A stretch of DNA of 64,000 bases from Candidatus Ornithospirochaeta avicola (GTDB lineage Bacteria; Spirochaetota; Spirochaetia; Sphaerochaetales; Sphaerochaetaceae). The translations under genes and the position numbers were made by a program. Positions 43,268 through 53,128 of the stretch are shown here, piece after piece (position 1 is the stretch's first letter; the number at the start of each line of letters is the position of its first letter). Where the stretch lies: NCBI GenBank assembly GCA_019113245.1, contig DXHU01000013.1, positions 6,965-70,964 of the forward strand, written 5' to 3'. The notes beneath the pieces are model-generated. The model was not told where the DNA came from. It searched no databases and worked only from the letters and a program-made list of their open reading frames with translations.

Positions 43268-43444
43268 ATGATGAACAGAGAGAACATCAGAAGACTGAAT
43301 ATCATTCTATACGGCGTTGCAATAATAATAAGTGTCTTCGCCTTATACACCTTTGTATTCATTTATAATCCGGGGAATGTCTGGAAACTGGTGCTTATAA
43401 TCATTGGAACAGATGGCTTTTCTCTGCAATCTCTGGATTCCTAA
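43268..43444 (+). CDS. Small hydrophobic protein (58 aa), hypothetical
   Basis: Manual translation 'MMNRENIRRLNIILYGVAIIISVFALYTFVFIYNPGNVWKLVLIIIGTDGFSLQSLDS'. Starts 2 nt after the nuclease stop. Below the ORF-track cutoff. Confidence 0.3.
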   Translation: MMNRENIRRLNIILYGVAIIISVFALYTFVFIYNPGNVWKLVLIIIGTDGFSLQSLDS

Positions 43445-43553
43445 AGCACCTGAAACACCACTGATTATCAACGGTGATATCAGGAACTGGCGATACGATC
43501 ATGCAAAAGGAATCCTTGTGAGACATAAGTGATTTCATACTCAACTGATACAG

Positions 43554-43590
43554 AAAAAAGGCCCACCCCTGTTTTTGATAGAGGTGGGTC
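43554..43590 (-). terminator. Hairpin + T-run module inside right cassette end (also placed to terminate the amylase-family gene)
   Basis: CCCACC (43562-67) / GGTGGG (43583-88). On the minus strand it is followed by TTTTTT (plus A-run 43554-59). Confidence 0.5.
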
Positions 43591-43616
43591 TGTTGTTTTG
43601 AAAGCGGGCTTCAATG

Positions 43617-43649
43617 CCTTAACTTAATGACATTGATAGCACGGTCCCC
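43617..43649 (-). repeat. Cassette inverted repeat, right (reverse complement GGGGACCGTGCTATCAATGTCATTAAGTTAAGG)
   Basis: See the left repeat. The outer end lies 6 nt from the stop codon of 43656..47033. Confidence 0.6.
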
Positions 43650-43655
43650 GCTTAT

Positions 43656-46600
43656 TCACTTTTCGTCTTTTTCCTCTTTATCCTTTCCAAGGAGTCTGTC
43701 CAGCTGGTATTCACTCTTCATTTCCCTGTTAAGGAGAATGGATGCAAATGCATCGCTGTCAAATCCTCTCTTATGATATTTAAGCTTTAAAGAGAGCGCG
43801 GAAACAAGGATCAGAAGCTGCATCCTTTCCTTGTTGTACCATTTTATGCCCTGGTATTCGTTTATTACTGCAAAATCCTTTACAGCATCATCTTCTGCAA
43901 GGATTGAGAGCACCTTCACAGGGTCTTTTGTCTCTTTGTAGCTGATCATGTCTCCGGCCTTGAGGAATATTGCTGCTGCATGAGAAGCAAGCCTTGCATC
44001 ATCCTTTTCAAGCTCTGCCTCTTTTGCCGCATCTTCAAACATGTGTTCAGGAAGAATCTGGTCAGCAACCTTCATTGTGTCAGCAACGCTTTCCATCTTG
44101 AACGGGCGCAGGGCAACGGATACAAGAAGGAGGAATGAAAGAGCATCTTCAAAATCTGCCCAGATGTTCAGCGCATTGGCATTCTTTCTTTTCATTAAAG
44201 AAGAGAATGTCTTCACCTCCTGAATCATGAGCTTTGCATCCACTTCAGTGTAGTCTCCAAGCATGGCCTTGAGAACATCGTCGAAAGATGGATAGACTTC
44301 AGCAATCTTTGTGTAGACTTCAGCGCAGGTAAGAAGCATTGCTCTCTCATCCTGTATTGTGCTTACTCCGTCTGCAATCTTTTTTATTGCCAGGTAGAAG
44401 TTCCTGCTCCTCATTATGTCAAAGAGACTGTAAAGAGGACGCAGCCTAATAAGAGCAATTGCTGTATTGATGTCTCTTATGCCTCTTTCATGGTAAGTGT
44501 TGTAGAGAATCTCATAAGCCCCGTCTGTGTCCTCAACTTCTCTTATGTTCCAGTATACACGGCTCTCATAGCCGTTGAGAGAGAAGGAAAGTCCTTCCTC
44601 AAACAGTTTGATTGAAGGCATGAGATAGAACAGACCGTCAGAGAAGTTCTCGAATATGACATAGCGTCTAGCGCGGAAAGAAAGGCCGAGATTGTCAGCA
44701 AGCTGGATTGTACGGGTCTCATTCTCCTTTCCTCTTACCTTTTTAGGAACAGAGGTCTTTATGTTTCCATAAACACGTTCATAACGGTTGTTGTAAAGGA
44801 CCAGAGTCCTTTCATTTCCTTCTCCGTTCACATATGCATAAACGCTTTCTTCAACCCTTCCGTTGTCATAGCAGTCGTAGAGATTGAAATGCTCGACATT
44901 GCTGAAGAGATATCTTCTCTTGAACAGCGGGAATATGCGGCGGTAATGTTCTCCTACAAGGTAGTCATTAGGCCTCTCATCCCAGTAGGCACGCTTATAT
45001 TCCATTCCGTATTTTTCATGGTATCCTTCAATCTGGCCATGTCCGACCATCGGAAGGCCCGGAAGGGTAGCAAGAAGAGTTGCAACTCCGAAGTACCTGT
45101 CCCCGTCTCCGAACTGGGCAATGGCAGTCTCTTCATCCGGGTTGTTCATGAAGTTTACATAGCGCTTTAAAATTTCAGGCTCGAATACAAGAGTGTTCTT
45201 TATGCCAAGACGGTATTTCTCATTCTCCTGGTTCTTGAGCATGTTCATGAATGCAGAGTTGTATACTCTGTGCATTCCGAGTGTCCTGACAAAATAGCCT
45301 TCCATCATCCAGAAAGCTTCTGCAAGCAGGAGAGTATCCGGGACCTCAGAAGCAATCCTGTCGACGACCTCACGCCAGAACTCATTTGGAATTGATGCAT
45401 TGAAGTTTTCATTTGACATGCTGTGAGCAGCTCTTCCGGCAATGTCTCCGGCTTCTCCGAGCTTCGGATACCAGAGCCTCTGGATATGGCGCTTTGCAAG
45501 AGTCATAGCAGCATCAAAGCGGATTATAGGGAAGTTCTTTGCCACATGGATGATCTTCTGGATGACAGCTTCCCTTGTTTCAGGATTAAGGTAATCGAGC
45601 TGTGCAGTGTCATTCCATGGCATGCTTGTGCCGTCATTTCCGTGGAAGACATAGCGCACCTTGCCGTTTCTCCTGTCCACGAGGCGGAATGTGACAGCCG
45701 CATCCGTGCGGTCATAGTAATGGTCTTCAATCTTGACTTCAAAATCCGGATTGTTAGAAAGATCCGGGCCGTTATATGTGTAGGACGGGAATGGAGGCCA
45801 GTCCTGGCTTATATAGTAGTCAGGATGCTCATAGACCCAGTTGCCATCAAGACCTGTATGGTTCGGGACCATGTCGGATGCAAGCCTTATTCCCCTCACC
45901 TTACAGCGCTGGCGGAGGTTGTCAAGGGCTTCCCATCCTCCAATCTGTGAAGATATGTCATAGTCCTTGAGGCTGTATGCGCTTGCCTCTGCATCAGGAT
46001 TGCCGCAGAGATTCTTTATTCTCTTTGATGCATCGCTTCTCTCCCAGAGTCCGATAAGCCAGAGGGCTGTGAATCCTCTTTCCTTCAGTAAATCGAGTTC
46101 CCTGTCTGGAATCTGGTCAAGGCGGGTTATCTCTCTTTTGTACATCTTTGACAGTTGATCGAGCCAGACAAGCGTGCACTTTGCCATCATGACAACGCGC
46201 GGCATCCAGTTGGAGTCATCACTGAAAGCCTCGTATTCATTCATTTCTTCTGAATAGTCTGTTACAGGCATCGGTCCGGGAGGCCCTGGCATTCCTCTGT
46301 CTTTTTCCTCTTCCCTGATGAAATCGAGGGCCTGCTTGAGTATGTCAATAAGATAGTCTGGCAAAAGATGTGCCCATTCTCTGATTATGTATTTTATCTG
46401 TTCTGAAAGAGAGTTTGGATAAAGGCGGGCAGGCTTTGTCAGCAGAGTGAAGAAATCCTCATCCTCTAGGGCTTTGCCGTTCCTTGATTCATCCTTTATG
46501 TAAGCAGAAAGAAGGGATGCAAGGCTTGCAGTCCCTGCAGGATAAACAAGACCCTCTGGGTTTATGAACGCCCTGCAGGCTGAAATCATTGCAGGGTTGT

Positions 46601-47033
46601 TGAGCATTATCTGGTGTATGAAGAATGCTCGTGAATCCTCCTCTTCGAGAAGGACTGGACTTTCTTTCTTTTTCCTTCTTTCCTCAAGCACAGGGGAGGG
46701 GAATACAGAGCTGTAAAAATCCAGAGCCTTTTTCAGCTCATCATTGGAGTTAATCAGATTGATTTTCCGTGTGAAGAAATCGCTCTGTCCTTCTGCCATC
46801 AGCCTTGTAAGCACTGTCTGATAAAGCAGATGAAGCACGCTTGTTGCATGCAGTTTTGCCGCAGAGACAAATTCGCTCTTTCCTTCTTCCTTCATCCTCT
46901 GGTTGTATGAAAAAGATATTGTGAGAGCTTCTTTGTAAAGGCTTGAAATATCCTGAGAGGTTTCAAATACCGGATTCTTTACATCCAGCTTCTTTCTGAC
47001 CAAATTTGAAATGCGTAAATCGCGTTTTTCCAC
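43656..47033 (-). CDS. Large alpha-amylase-family (GH13-like) glycoside hydrolase
   Basis: 'FTALWLIGLWE', 'IRLASDMVPNHTG', 'IRFDAAMTL' and 'LLAEAFW' correspond to GH13 conserved regions. 1125 aa. Confidence 0.8.
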   Translation of the reverse strand: MEKRDLRISNLVRKKLDVKNPVFETSQDISSLYKEALTISFSYNQRMKEEGKSEFVSAAKLHATSVLHLLYQTVLTRLMAEGQSDFFTRKINLINSNDELKKALDFYSSVFPSPVLEERRKKKESPVLLEEEDSRAFFIHQIMLNNPAMISACRAFINPEGLVYPAGTASLASLLSAYIKDESRNGKALEDEDFFTLLTKPARLYPNSLSEQIKYIIREWAHLLPDYLIDILKQALDFIREEEKDRGMPGPPGPMPVTDYSEEMNEYEAFSDDSNWMPRVVMMAKCTLVWLDQLSKMYKREITRLDQIPDRELDLLKERGFTALWLIGLWERSDASKRIKNLCGNPDAEASAYSLKDYDISSQIGGWEALDNLRQRCKVRGIRLASDMVPNHTGLDGNWVYEHPDYYISQDWPPFPSYTYNGPDLSNNPDFEVKIEDHYYDRTDAAVTFRLVDRRNGKVRYVFHGNDGTSMPWNDTAQLDYLNPETREAVIQKIIHVAKNFPIIRFDAAMTLAKRHIQRLWYPKLGEAGDIAGRAAHSMSNENFNASIPNEFWREVVDRIASEVPDTLLLAEAFWMMEGYFVRTLGMHRVYNSAFMNMLKNQENEKYRLGIKNTLVFEPEILKRYVNFMNNPDEETAIAQFGDGDRYFGVATLLATLPGLPMVGHGQIEGYHEKYGMEYKRAYWDERPNDYLVGEHYRRIFPLFKRRYLFSNVEHFNLYDCYDNGRVEESVYAYVNGEGNERTLVLYNNRYERVYGNIKTSVPKKVRGKENETRTIQLADNLGLSFRARRYVIFENFSDGLFYLMPSIKLFEEGLSFSLNGYESRVYWNIREVEDTDGAYEILYNTYHERGIRDINTAIALIRLRPLYSLFDIMRSRNFYLAIKKIADGVSTIQDERAMLLTCAEVYTKIAEVYPSFDDVLKAMLGDYTEVDAKLMIQEVKTFSSLMKRKNANALNIWADFEDALSFLLLVSVALRPFKMESVADTMKVADQILPEHMFEDAAKEAELEKDDARLASHAAAIFLKAGDMISYKETKDPVKVLSILAEDDAVKDFAVINEYQGIKWYNKERMQLLILVSALSLKLKYHKRGFDSDAFASILLNREMKSEYQLDRLLGKDKEEKDEK

Positions 47034-47080
47034 ACCGGCCTCCTTTGACTAGTACATTATAGCATGGAAAATGCAATGGT

Positions 47081-47587
47081 TCAGCAATTTAAAAAAGAAG
47101 ATATGAGTTTTTCGCATTCATCAAATGCAGTTTTCAGGGCAATCTGCTCACTTTGACTGAACGGAGAGAGGACATAAATTCGCATATCGCCATATTTAGG
47201 CCTTCCGATGCCGATTCTCAGACGGCTGAAAGCGCTGCTTCCTGTCATCTCGATTATGCTTCTGAGGCCGTTGTGCCCCCTTACGGCACCTCCTTTCTGG
47301 AGGGAAACTTTTCCTACATCAAGTTCCGTGTCATCATGGCAGATGAGGATATCATCATCAGAAAGCTTATAGAATTTCTTTGCCTCGCTTACAGCAATTC
47401 CGCTCTTGTTCATATAAGTCATGGGAAGCATGAGTTTTGCTTTTCCCTCATCTGAGAAAAGAGAATGGAACTTGTTTGAGAGCTTTATATCCGGATACAT
47501 TCTCTTGAAGAGAGCAAAGGCCGCATTGTGCCTTGTGTTTTCGTATTCTTTCCCGTAATTGCCCAAAAAAACTATGAGTTTTGCCAT
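47081..47587 (-). CDS. pth: Peptidyl-tRNA hydrolase
   Basis: 'LIVFLGNYGKEYENTRHNAAF' and 'RLRIGIGRP'. Start at Met137 of ORF 47081..47995. Confidence 0.9.
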   Translation of the reverse strand: MAKLIVFLGNYGKEYENTRHNAAFALFKRMYPDIKLSNKFHSLFSDEGKAKLMLPMTYMNKSGIAVSEAKKFYKLSDDDILICHDDTELDVGKVSLQKGGAVRGHNGLRSIIEMTGSSAFSRLRIGIGRPKYGDMRIYVLSPFSQSEQIALKTAFDECEKLISSFLNC

Positions 47588-47635
47588 AAAGAGAATATAA
47601 TTCGAAAAAAGCAGATAATGCAATGGAGGAACAAT

Positions 47636-48058
47636 ATGGCAAAGAAAGCTAGTGTGAAGGCTGTGGGAGATTTTCTGTTGAAGCTCTTTGTAGGACTTCT
47701 GTTCATATGTATCGGAATCCAGGGAATTGCTGGAGAGAGAAGCAATGATCTTTATAGGGAGATTGGCAACAATACAGTCAACATCATTTTGGGCATAGTT
47801 CTCCTTCTTTGCGGACTTTTCATAATTATCCCGCTTTTCACAGCAGGAGCGGTCAAGGCATCGCTGACAAAGTGGTCCATGATAGTGACAGCAGTTGTCT
47901 GGATTCTTATCATCGTGATATCTGATTTTGTTTATGGCTTCAGGGGCATAAGCGGAATAGAGATATTCTACTGGCTGGAGACATTTATATATCATCTGTT
48001 GATACTTACATGCATTCTCAATGCATCAAAGTCAGCTTTCAAGAAAATAGTTGCTTGA
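47636..48058 (+). CDS. Small membrane protein, hypothetical
   Basis: Four predicted hydrophobic segments. Start at 'MAKKASVK' (47636). Confidence 0.5.
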   Translation: MAKKASVKAVGDFLLKLFVGLLFICIGIQGIAGERSNDLYREIGNNTVNIILGIVLLLCGLFIIIPLFTAGAVKASLTKWSMIVTAVVWILIIVISDFVYGFRGISGIEIFYWLETFIYHLLILTCILNASKSAFKKIVA

Positions 48059-48861
48059 TGAGGAAGGTCCTTGTACTTCTTTTTTCTCTTTTTCTCATTT
48101 CCTGTTCTCCCTATGAGAACCTGTTTGTAAGAATAAAGGCAAGCGAAGAAGCCAAGAATCTTTTTGTTTCCATCGACAGGGAGATTGCGTCAATAAAAAA
48201 CGGTGACAAGAAAGTCAATGTCGATGATGCGATAGACAATCTTATCGGGAAAGATGACATCAGCATGGAAGAAAAGAAAAAGATATATGAGGCCATCCTT
48301 TCTTCTTCTTTCATGAAAGAGCATTACATAGAAGGAAAAGGGCTTGTAATCACATTTTCCTTTCCTTCTTTCTTCAACGGCCTTGATGAGATGATTTCAC
48401 AGGAGATTCTCTCTCTTGAAAGCAGGGAGGACATTGAATATATAAACGCCAGGCTCTCTTTGAAACTGGATTCTTCAGCAGAGCGCTATAAAGGAGCCAT
48501 TGACGCGACAGAAGACCTGATTGATTTTCTGGATGCAGAGAACTATTCTCTTTCCTCTTTCATCAGCATCAGAAGCAACGATATAACGCTTTCTGATGTG
48601 GTGATTGTTCAGAAAACAGTTTTATCACTTTATGAGATTCTTATAGAGTCTGTCTTCCTTGATTTCTCTTCTTCATCATTGAATGTCGAGGAGTATGTCA
48701 AAAGCATAGGAGAAAATCCTGAGAAGTGGATAGTCTCCACTCTTTTTTCCCGCCAGAGCAGGGCTCTTGAGGCAGTAACAGAGCTCTACAGCATAGCAAA
48801 CACCCTTAACACATCTTCTTCAATCCTCAATCTTGACAGCCTGGGAGAGCTTCTGAAATGA
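48058..48861 (+). CDS. Putative lipoprotein, hypothetical
   Basis: 'MRKVLVLLFSLFLISCS' lipobox. ATG overlaps the previous stop. Confidence 0.5.
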   Translation: MRKVLVLLFSLFLISCSPYENLFVRIKASEEAKNLFVSIDREIASIKNGDKKVNVDDAIDNLIGKDDISMEEKKKIYEAILSSSFMKEHYIEGKGLVITFSFPSFFNGLDEMISQEILSLESREDIEYINARLSLKLDSSAERYKGAIDATEDLIDFLDAENYSLSSFISIRSNDITLSDVVIVQKTVLSLYEILIESVFLDFSSSSLNVEEYVKSIGENPEKWIVSTLFSRQSRALEAVTELYSIANTLNTSSSILNLDSLGELLK

Positions 48862-49901
48862 GAAAGACTGTTTTAATTCTGCTGCTGTTTACATGCCTTT
48901 TTCCTCTGTTTTCCACAGAGACAGAAACTTATTTCTATTACAGCCGTGAAAACGAGAGGAGAGACAGCAGTGAATTCTCTCTCACAGTTCCTCAGCTTTC
49001 ATTGCGCGTTTATAATATTTATGACAACAGGAAGATTTTTGAAAAAGGCGCAATGGAGGATGTTCTTATCGGCTTTATAAACAACATTCCTCCAGGTGTG
49101 AGGGATATTATATCCTTGGGAGCAGAAACAGGATTTTCAGTCTCTGAGTATGACTTTCATGCAGTCCTTGATGCCCGTCTTTTAAAATCAGGATACAGTG
49201 ACATAAGCTCTGCCTTCTCTTTCTTTATGAGCCTGGACATATCCTCTTCCTTCTCTTTTCCTCTCTTTGTCTCTGATGATGTGAGCTTCAATTTAAGCTT
49301 TGCTCCGCATATTAAAGTCAGCATGATGAATGCAGAGGGAGGAAAGATAAAAGGAATAGGAGCAGAGAGCATCAAGGCCATTGTAAGAAGGATAAATGCA
49401 GGAGAGCCAGAGGCCCTTCTGTCTTTTTTTGAGCAGGACGTGCCTGTCTCCTGGTATTTTTCTGCGCCTCTTGATTTTTCTGCAACTCTTTATCTTCCTC
49501 GCGGATTTTTCACATCTCTGGCTTTATACAGCGCGTTTGACTATACACTCTCATCAGATGAAGCATTCTTCCTCCCTCCTTCTCTTGACGTCAGCGCAGG
49601 CTGGAAGAGCCAGTGGAAGCATTTTTCCCTTTATGCAGAGATCTCGCTTGTTGATCTAGTCTCTCCGTTTATAAACAAAGGAGTGACTTTTGCAGATATG
49701 ATGGCGCTGCGGGCAGGATTTGTCCTTTTTGATGTGCTCGGTTTTGAAGCAGAGTGTCTTAAAGGCTATATGAATTACAGAGCATTTCTTAATCTCTTTG
49801 TCCTTCGTCTTGATCTTGCATATGGGATAAAGACGTATTCTCCTGTCCTGAAGGGAGAGAGGCAGGATTATCTTGCCCTTGCTGTCTCTCTCGGTTGGTG
49901 A
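48858..49901 (+). CDS. Secreted / possible outer-membrane beta-barrel protein, hypothetical
   Basis: Signal peptide 'MRKTVLILLLFTCLFPLFS', alternating-hydrophobicity segments, C-terminal '...LAVSLGW'. Confidence 0.45.
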   Translation: MRKTVLILLLFTCLFPLFSTETETYFYYSRENERRDSSEFSLTVPQLSLRVYNIYDNRKIFEKGAMEDVLIGFINNIPPGVRDIISLGAETGFSVSEYDFHAVLDARLLKSGYSDISSAFSFFMSLDISSSFSFPLFVSDDVSFNLSFAPHIKVSMMNAEGGKIKGIGAESIKAIVRRINAGEPEALLSFFEQDVPVSWYFSAPLDFSATLYLPRGFFTSLALYSAFDYTLSSDEAFFLPPSLDVSAGWKSQWKHFSLYAEISLVDLVSPFINKGVTFADMMALRAGFVLFDVLGFEAECLKGYMNYRAFLNLFVLRLDLAYGIKTYSPVLKGERQDYLALAVSLGW

Positions 49902-50573
49902 CTATCTTGATTTCCTCACACCTTTTTTAGCGCAGTATCCCTCAAGAGGGCAAGCTGAGCAGAAAGGAGATATGGGCGTGCATATCCTCTGGCCGAACAT
50001 GACAAGGCGCTCGTTAAGAGGAATCCAGTATTTCTCATCAAGAATCTTTCTGAGCACTTTTTCTGTCTCTTCCGCACTTTTCGTGTCCACAAGGCCAAGG
50101 CGGTTCAGAACCTGGTGCACATGGCAGTCCACGCAGATTGCATTGATTCCGTATGCAAGATTCAGAGTGAGGCTTGCTGTCTTCAAGCCCACAGAGGGAA
50201 GAGCAAGGAGAGCTTCCATGGTGGAAGGAACTTCTCCGTCATAATCTTTTATCAATATATCTGCAATTTTCTTGAGAGAGGAAGCCTTTCTCTTATAAAA
50301 CGCAACAGGATAGATGAGAGATGATACTGTCTCTTCATCGAGGGAAGAGAATGCTTTTATGTCATCTGCTTTTTCAAAGAGGCGCATGGAGGCCTCAATG
50401 GTCACAGCATCCTTTGTCCTTAAAGAGAGGATGGTTGAAAAAAGAATCTTGTAAGCATCTCTTCCAGTCAGCGCTATCTGGCTGACTGAAGGAAGCGGTA
50501 TTCCTTCTTCTGCAAGCTTTTTATCTACAAGAGCAAAAAGAAGATCAAAAGATAGACTTTCCATATCTTGCAT
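49902..50573 (-). CDS. nth: Endonuclease III
   Basis: HhH 'LPSVGLKTASL' and a [4Fe-4S] Cys cluster whose visible part is 'CTPISPFCSACPLEGYC'. Confidence 0.9.
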   Translation of the reverse strand: MQDMESLSFDLLFALVDKKLAEEGIPLPSVSQIALTGRDAYKILFSTILSLRTKDAVTIEASMRLFEKADDIKAFSSLDEETVSSLIYPVAFYKRKASSLKKIADILIKDYDGEVPSTMEALLALPSVGLKTASLTLNLAYGINAICVDCHVHQVLNRLGLVDTKSAEETEKVLRKILDEKYWIPLNERLVMFGQRICTPISPFCSACPLEGYCAKKGVRKSR

Positions 50574-50666
50574 TATTAACAGGAAAAGAGGAAAAAGTCA
50601 GCAAAAGAAGATCTCTTCATGTTCTGATTGTTGACCAAAGAAAACAAAAAGAATAGGAATTTATCT

Positions 50667-52577
50667 ATGATTATCATCTTAAAGAAAGACATAGCAGATA
50701 CTGATAAAGCCAAGATAAAGAAGCATCTGAAAGACAATGGCTACATTGTCAAGGAAATAGTCGGAAAAGAAGAGACTGTGTTCGGAGCAGTGGGACTATC
50801 CCGTCTGGATCCGAGAAGCATAGAGCTGATGGAAGGAGTGTCTAAAGTAATTCCGATTAGCAAACCTTACAAGCTTGCATCCCGCGAGCTGAAAAAAGAG
50901 GATACGATAGTAAAGCTGAAGAATGTCAGCATCGGAGGAAACAGGATTGCTGTCATTGCAGGGCCCTGCGCCGTTGAGAGCGAAGAGCAGATAATGCGCA
51001 TTGCAAAGAAGGTGAGGGATGCTGGGGCTGTGATTCTCAGGGGAGGAGCTTACAAGCCAAGAACAAGCCCGTATTCTTTCCAGGGCCTTGGAGAAGAAGG
51101 GCTCAGGCTCTTGAAGAAAGCAGGAGATGCGTACGGCCTTCCTATAACAAGCGAGGTTGTAAGCCCTAAAGATGTTCCTGTTATGTCTAAATATGTAGAC
51201 ATGTTCCAGATTGGGGCAAGGAACATGCAGAACTTCGAGCTCTTGAAGGAAGTGGGAAAGACCGGAATGCCTGTTCTTTTAAAGAGAGGTCTTTCTGCCA
51301 CAATAGAAGAATGGCTGATGGCGGCGGAATATCTTATGGCAAGCGGAACAGACCAGGTTGTGCTCTGCGAAAGAGGAATAAGGACATTTGAGAAGGCTAC
51401 GAGAAACACTCTGGACTGCTCAGCAATTCCAGTTGTGCAGAAGCTCACGCATCTTCCTGTAATAGGGGACCCTTCCCATGCAACAGGAATCAGGGACATG
51501 GTCTCTCCAATGGCTCTTTCCTTAATTGCAGGAGGAGCAAGCGGCATAATGGTCGAAGTGCATGACCATCCTGAATGCGCGCTCTCTGACGGGCCGCAGT
51601 CCCTTCTTCCTGAGCAGTTTGAAAAACTTATGAGGGATATTGAGGCACTGTGTCCTGTGGTGAACAAAGCACTTGAGAAGATACCTCGCTTTGTCCCCTC
51701 CACGATAAAGGAAGACAGTGCAGCTCTTACAGATAAGGCTGAAGATATTGTTGCTTTCCAGGGAGAGCGAGGTGCGTTCAGCGAGCTTGCTGTCAGAATG
51801 CTCTTTTCAGAGGAAGAGAAGGTTAAGCCCTGCGAGACTTTCCGCGCTGTCTTTGATGCTCTGAGAAAGAAGGAAGTTAAGTACGGTGTAATACCGGTCG
51901 AGAACACTCTTGGAGGCACAATCTATGAGAACATAGATCTCCTGCGCCTTCATAAGGATGTGCGTGTTGCTGGAGAAATCCAGGTAAGAATCATCCATAA
52001 CCTGATTGTTAACAAAGGTGTCAAAAGCGAGGATATAAGGAAAATATATTCCCACCCCCAGGGGCTTGCACAGTGCAAGGAATATCTTGACAGGCATTTT
52101 GAGAGGGCTGATCGCATTCCTTTCTTTGATACTGCAGGAGCAGTCACATACATAAAGAAAGAGAAAATGATGGATGCTGCGGCCATTGCAGGAAGCCCTG
52201 CCGCAAAATATAACGACATGGAGATTCTTGCAACAGGAATAGAAACAGATCCGAAGAACTATACAAGATTCTATGTGATTTCCATGCAAGACAACCTTGA
52301 GGAGTTCCTCTCACGCGGCAAGCCGGACATGGCTGCAATGAGCATAACAGTTGCAGATGAATCAGGCTCTCTTTTAAAGGTCCTTGAAATCTTCAAGAAG
52401 AACAATATGAACATGAAGAAGCTTGAGTCCCGTCCTATTCTCGGCAGGCCTTGGGAGTATTCTCTTTTTATCGAGGTTGAGTTTGAAAAGGCCAGCGTGC
52501 TCTATTCCTGTCTTGATGATATAAAGGCAGAGACAACATCCTTTGTCCTGCACGGAGTTTTTGAGAAGAACCACTGA
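50667..52577 (+). CDS. Fusion protein: 3-deoxy-7-phosphoheptulonate (DAHP) synthase (type I-beta) + prephenate dehydratase with ACT domain
   Basis: N-terminal regulatory-like domain, 'IAGPCAVESEEQ...ILRGGAYKPRTSPYSFQGLG' (DAHPS), then 'VAFQGERGAFSE' and 'LESRPILGRPWEYSLFIEVE' (PDT/ACT). Start at ATG 50667. Confidence 0.85.
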   Translation: MIIILKKDIADTDKAKIKKHLKDNGYIVKEIVGKEETVFGAVGLSRLDPRSIELMEGVSKVIPISKPYKLASRELKKEDTIVKLKNVSIGGNRIAVIAGPCAVESEEQIMRIAKKVRDAGAVILRGGAYKPRTSPYSFQGLGEEGLRLLKKAGDAYGLPITSEVVSPKDVPVMSKYVDMFQIGARNMQNFELLKEVGKTGMPVLLKRGLSATIEEWLMAAEYLMASGTDQVVLCERGIRTFEKATRNTLDCSAIPVVQKLTHLPVIGDPSHATGIRDMVSPMALSLIAGGASGIMVEVHDHPECALSDGPQSLLPEQFEKLMRDIEALCPVVNKALEKIPRFVPSTIKEDSAALTDKAEDIVAFQGERGAFSELAVRMLFSEEEKVKPCETFRAVFDALRKKEVKYGVIPVENTLGGTIYENIDLLRLHKDVRVAGEIQVRIIHNLIVNKGVKSEDIRKIYSHPQGLAQCKEYLDRHFERADRIPFFDTAGAVTYIKKEKMMDAAAIAGSPAAKYNDMEILATGIETDPKNYTRFYVISMQDNLEEFLSRGKPDMAAMSITVADESGSLLKVLEIFKKNNMNMKKLESRPILGRPWEYSLFIEVEFEKASVLYSCLDDIKAETTSFVLHGVFEKNH

Positions 52578-53113
52578 TGGAAGAAAGAAAGTATGAGCCG
52601 TCCCTTCTTTTCTGCGGCATTCTGACAAGCCGGGGTTTTCCTCCTTCGCTGAAGGAAGAGCTTGAAGAGCGGTGGGGAAGAATTGTCTATACCTCTCCCG
52701 TTTTCGATTTCAGTTATACAGATTACTACATACAAGAGATGGGAGATGGTATAAAGAGATTCTTCATCGCATTTGAACGCCTTGTAATGCCGGATTGCCT
52801 GGCGCAGGCAAAGCTTTTTTCAAATGAGATTGAAAAAAGATATGCAGAGGATGGAAAGAGGAAGATAAATCTCGACCCCGGGCTAATGGGAATTTCCAAC
52901 ATCATTCTTGCAACCACGAAGAACAGAGCGCACCGTATTGCAATAGGGCACAATCTTTATGCAGAAGTGACGCTTATATATCATCACTCGGGCTATGAGA
53001 GCTTTTCCTGGACATATTCTGATTACAAAGATGAGAGAATCCAGAATGAGCTGATGAAAATCAGGGAAATATACAAGAAAATCAGGAAAGAGGGTGGTCA
53101 GCAAGGAAATTAA
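52577..53113 (+). CDS. DUF4416 family protein
   Basis: 'DYYIQEMGDGIKRFFIAFERLV' and 'INLDPGL...ATTKNRAHRI' fit DUF4416. ATG overlaps the preceding TGA. Confidence 0.6.
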   Translation: MEERKYEPSLLFCGILTSRGFPPSLKEELEERWGRIVYTSPVFDFSYTDYYIQEMGDGIKRFFIAFERLVMPDCLAQAKLFSNEIEKRYAEDGKRKINLDPGLMGISNIILATTKNRAHRIAIGHNLYAEVTLIYHHSGYESFSWTYSDYKDERIQNELMKIREIYKKIRKEGGQQGN

Positions 53114-53128
53114 GGTTTCTCTTTTTGC

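Noticed and set aside
47588-47995. Cys/His-rich N-terminal extension of the pth ORF ('CCHYHGPLCQRCLDRSCCEK')
   Set aside because: Canonical Pth begins at 'MAKLIVFLGN' (47587). The extension overlaps a divergent membrane-protein gene (47636..48058) on the other strand.
51050-51919. 289-aa minus-strand ORF (also 51807..52289)
   Set aside because: It is antisense to the DAHPS-PDT fusion gene. The composition is Ser/Pro/Ala-rich with no motifs.
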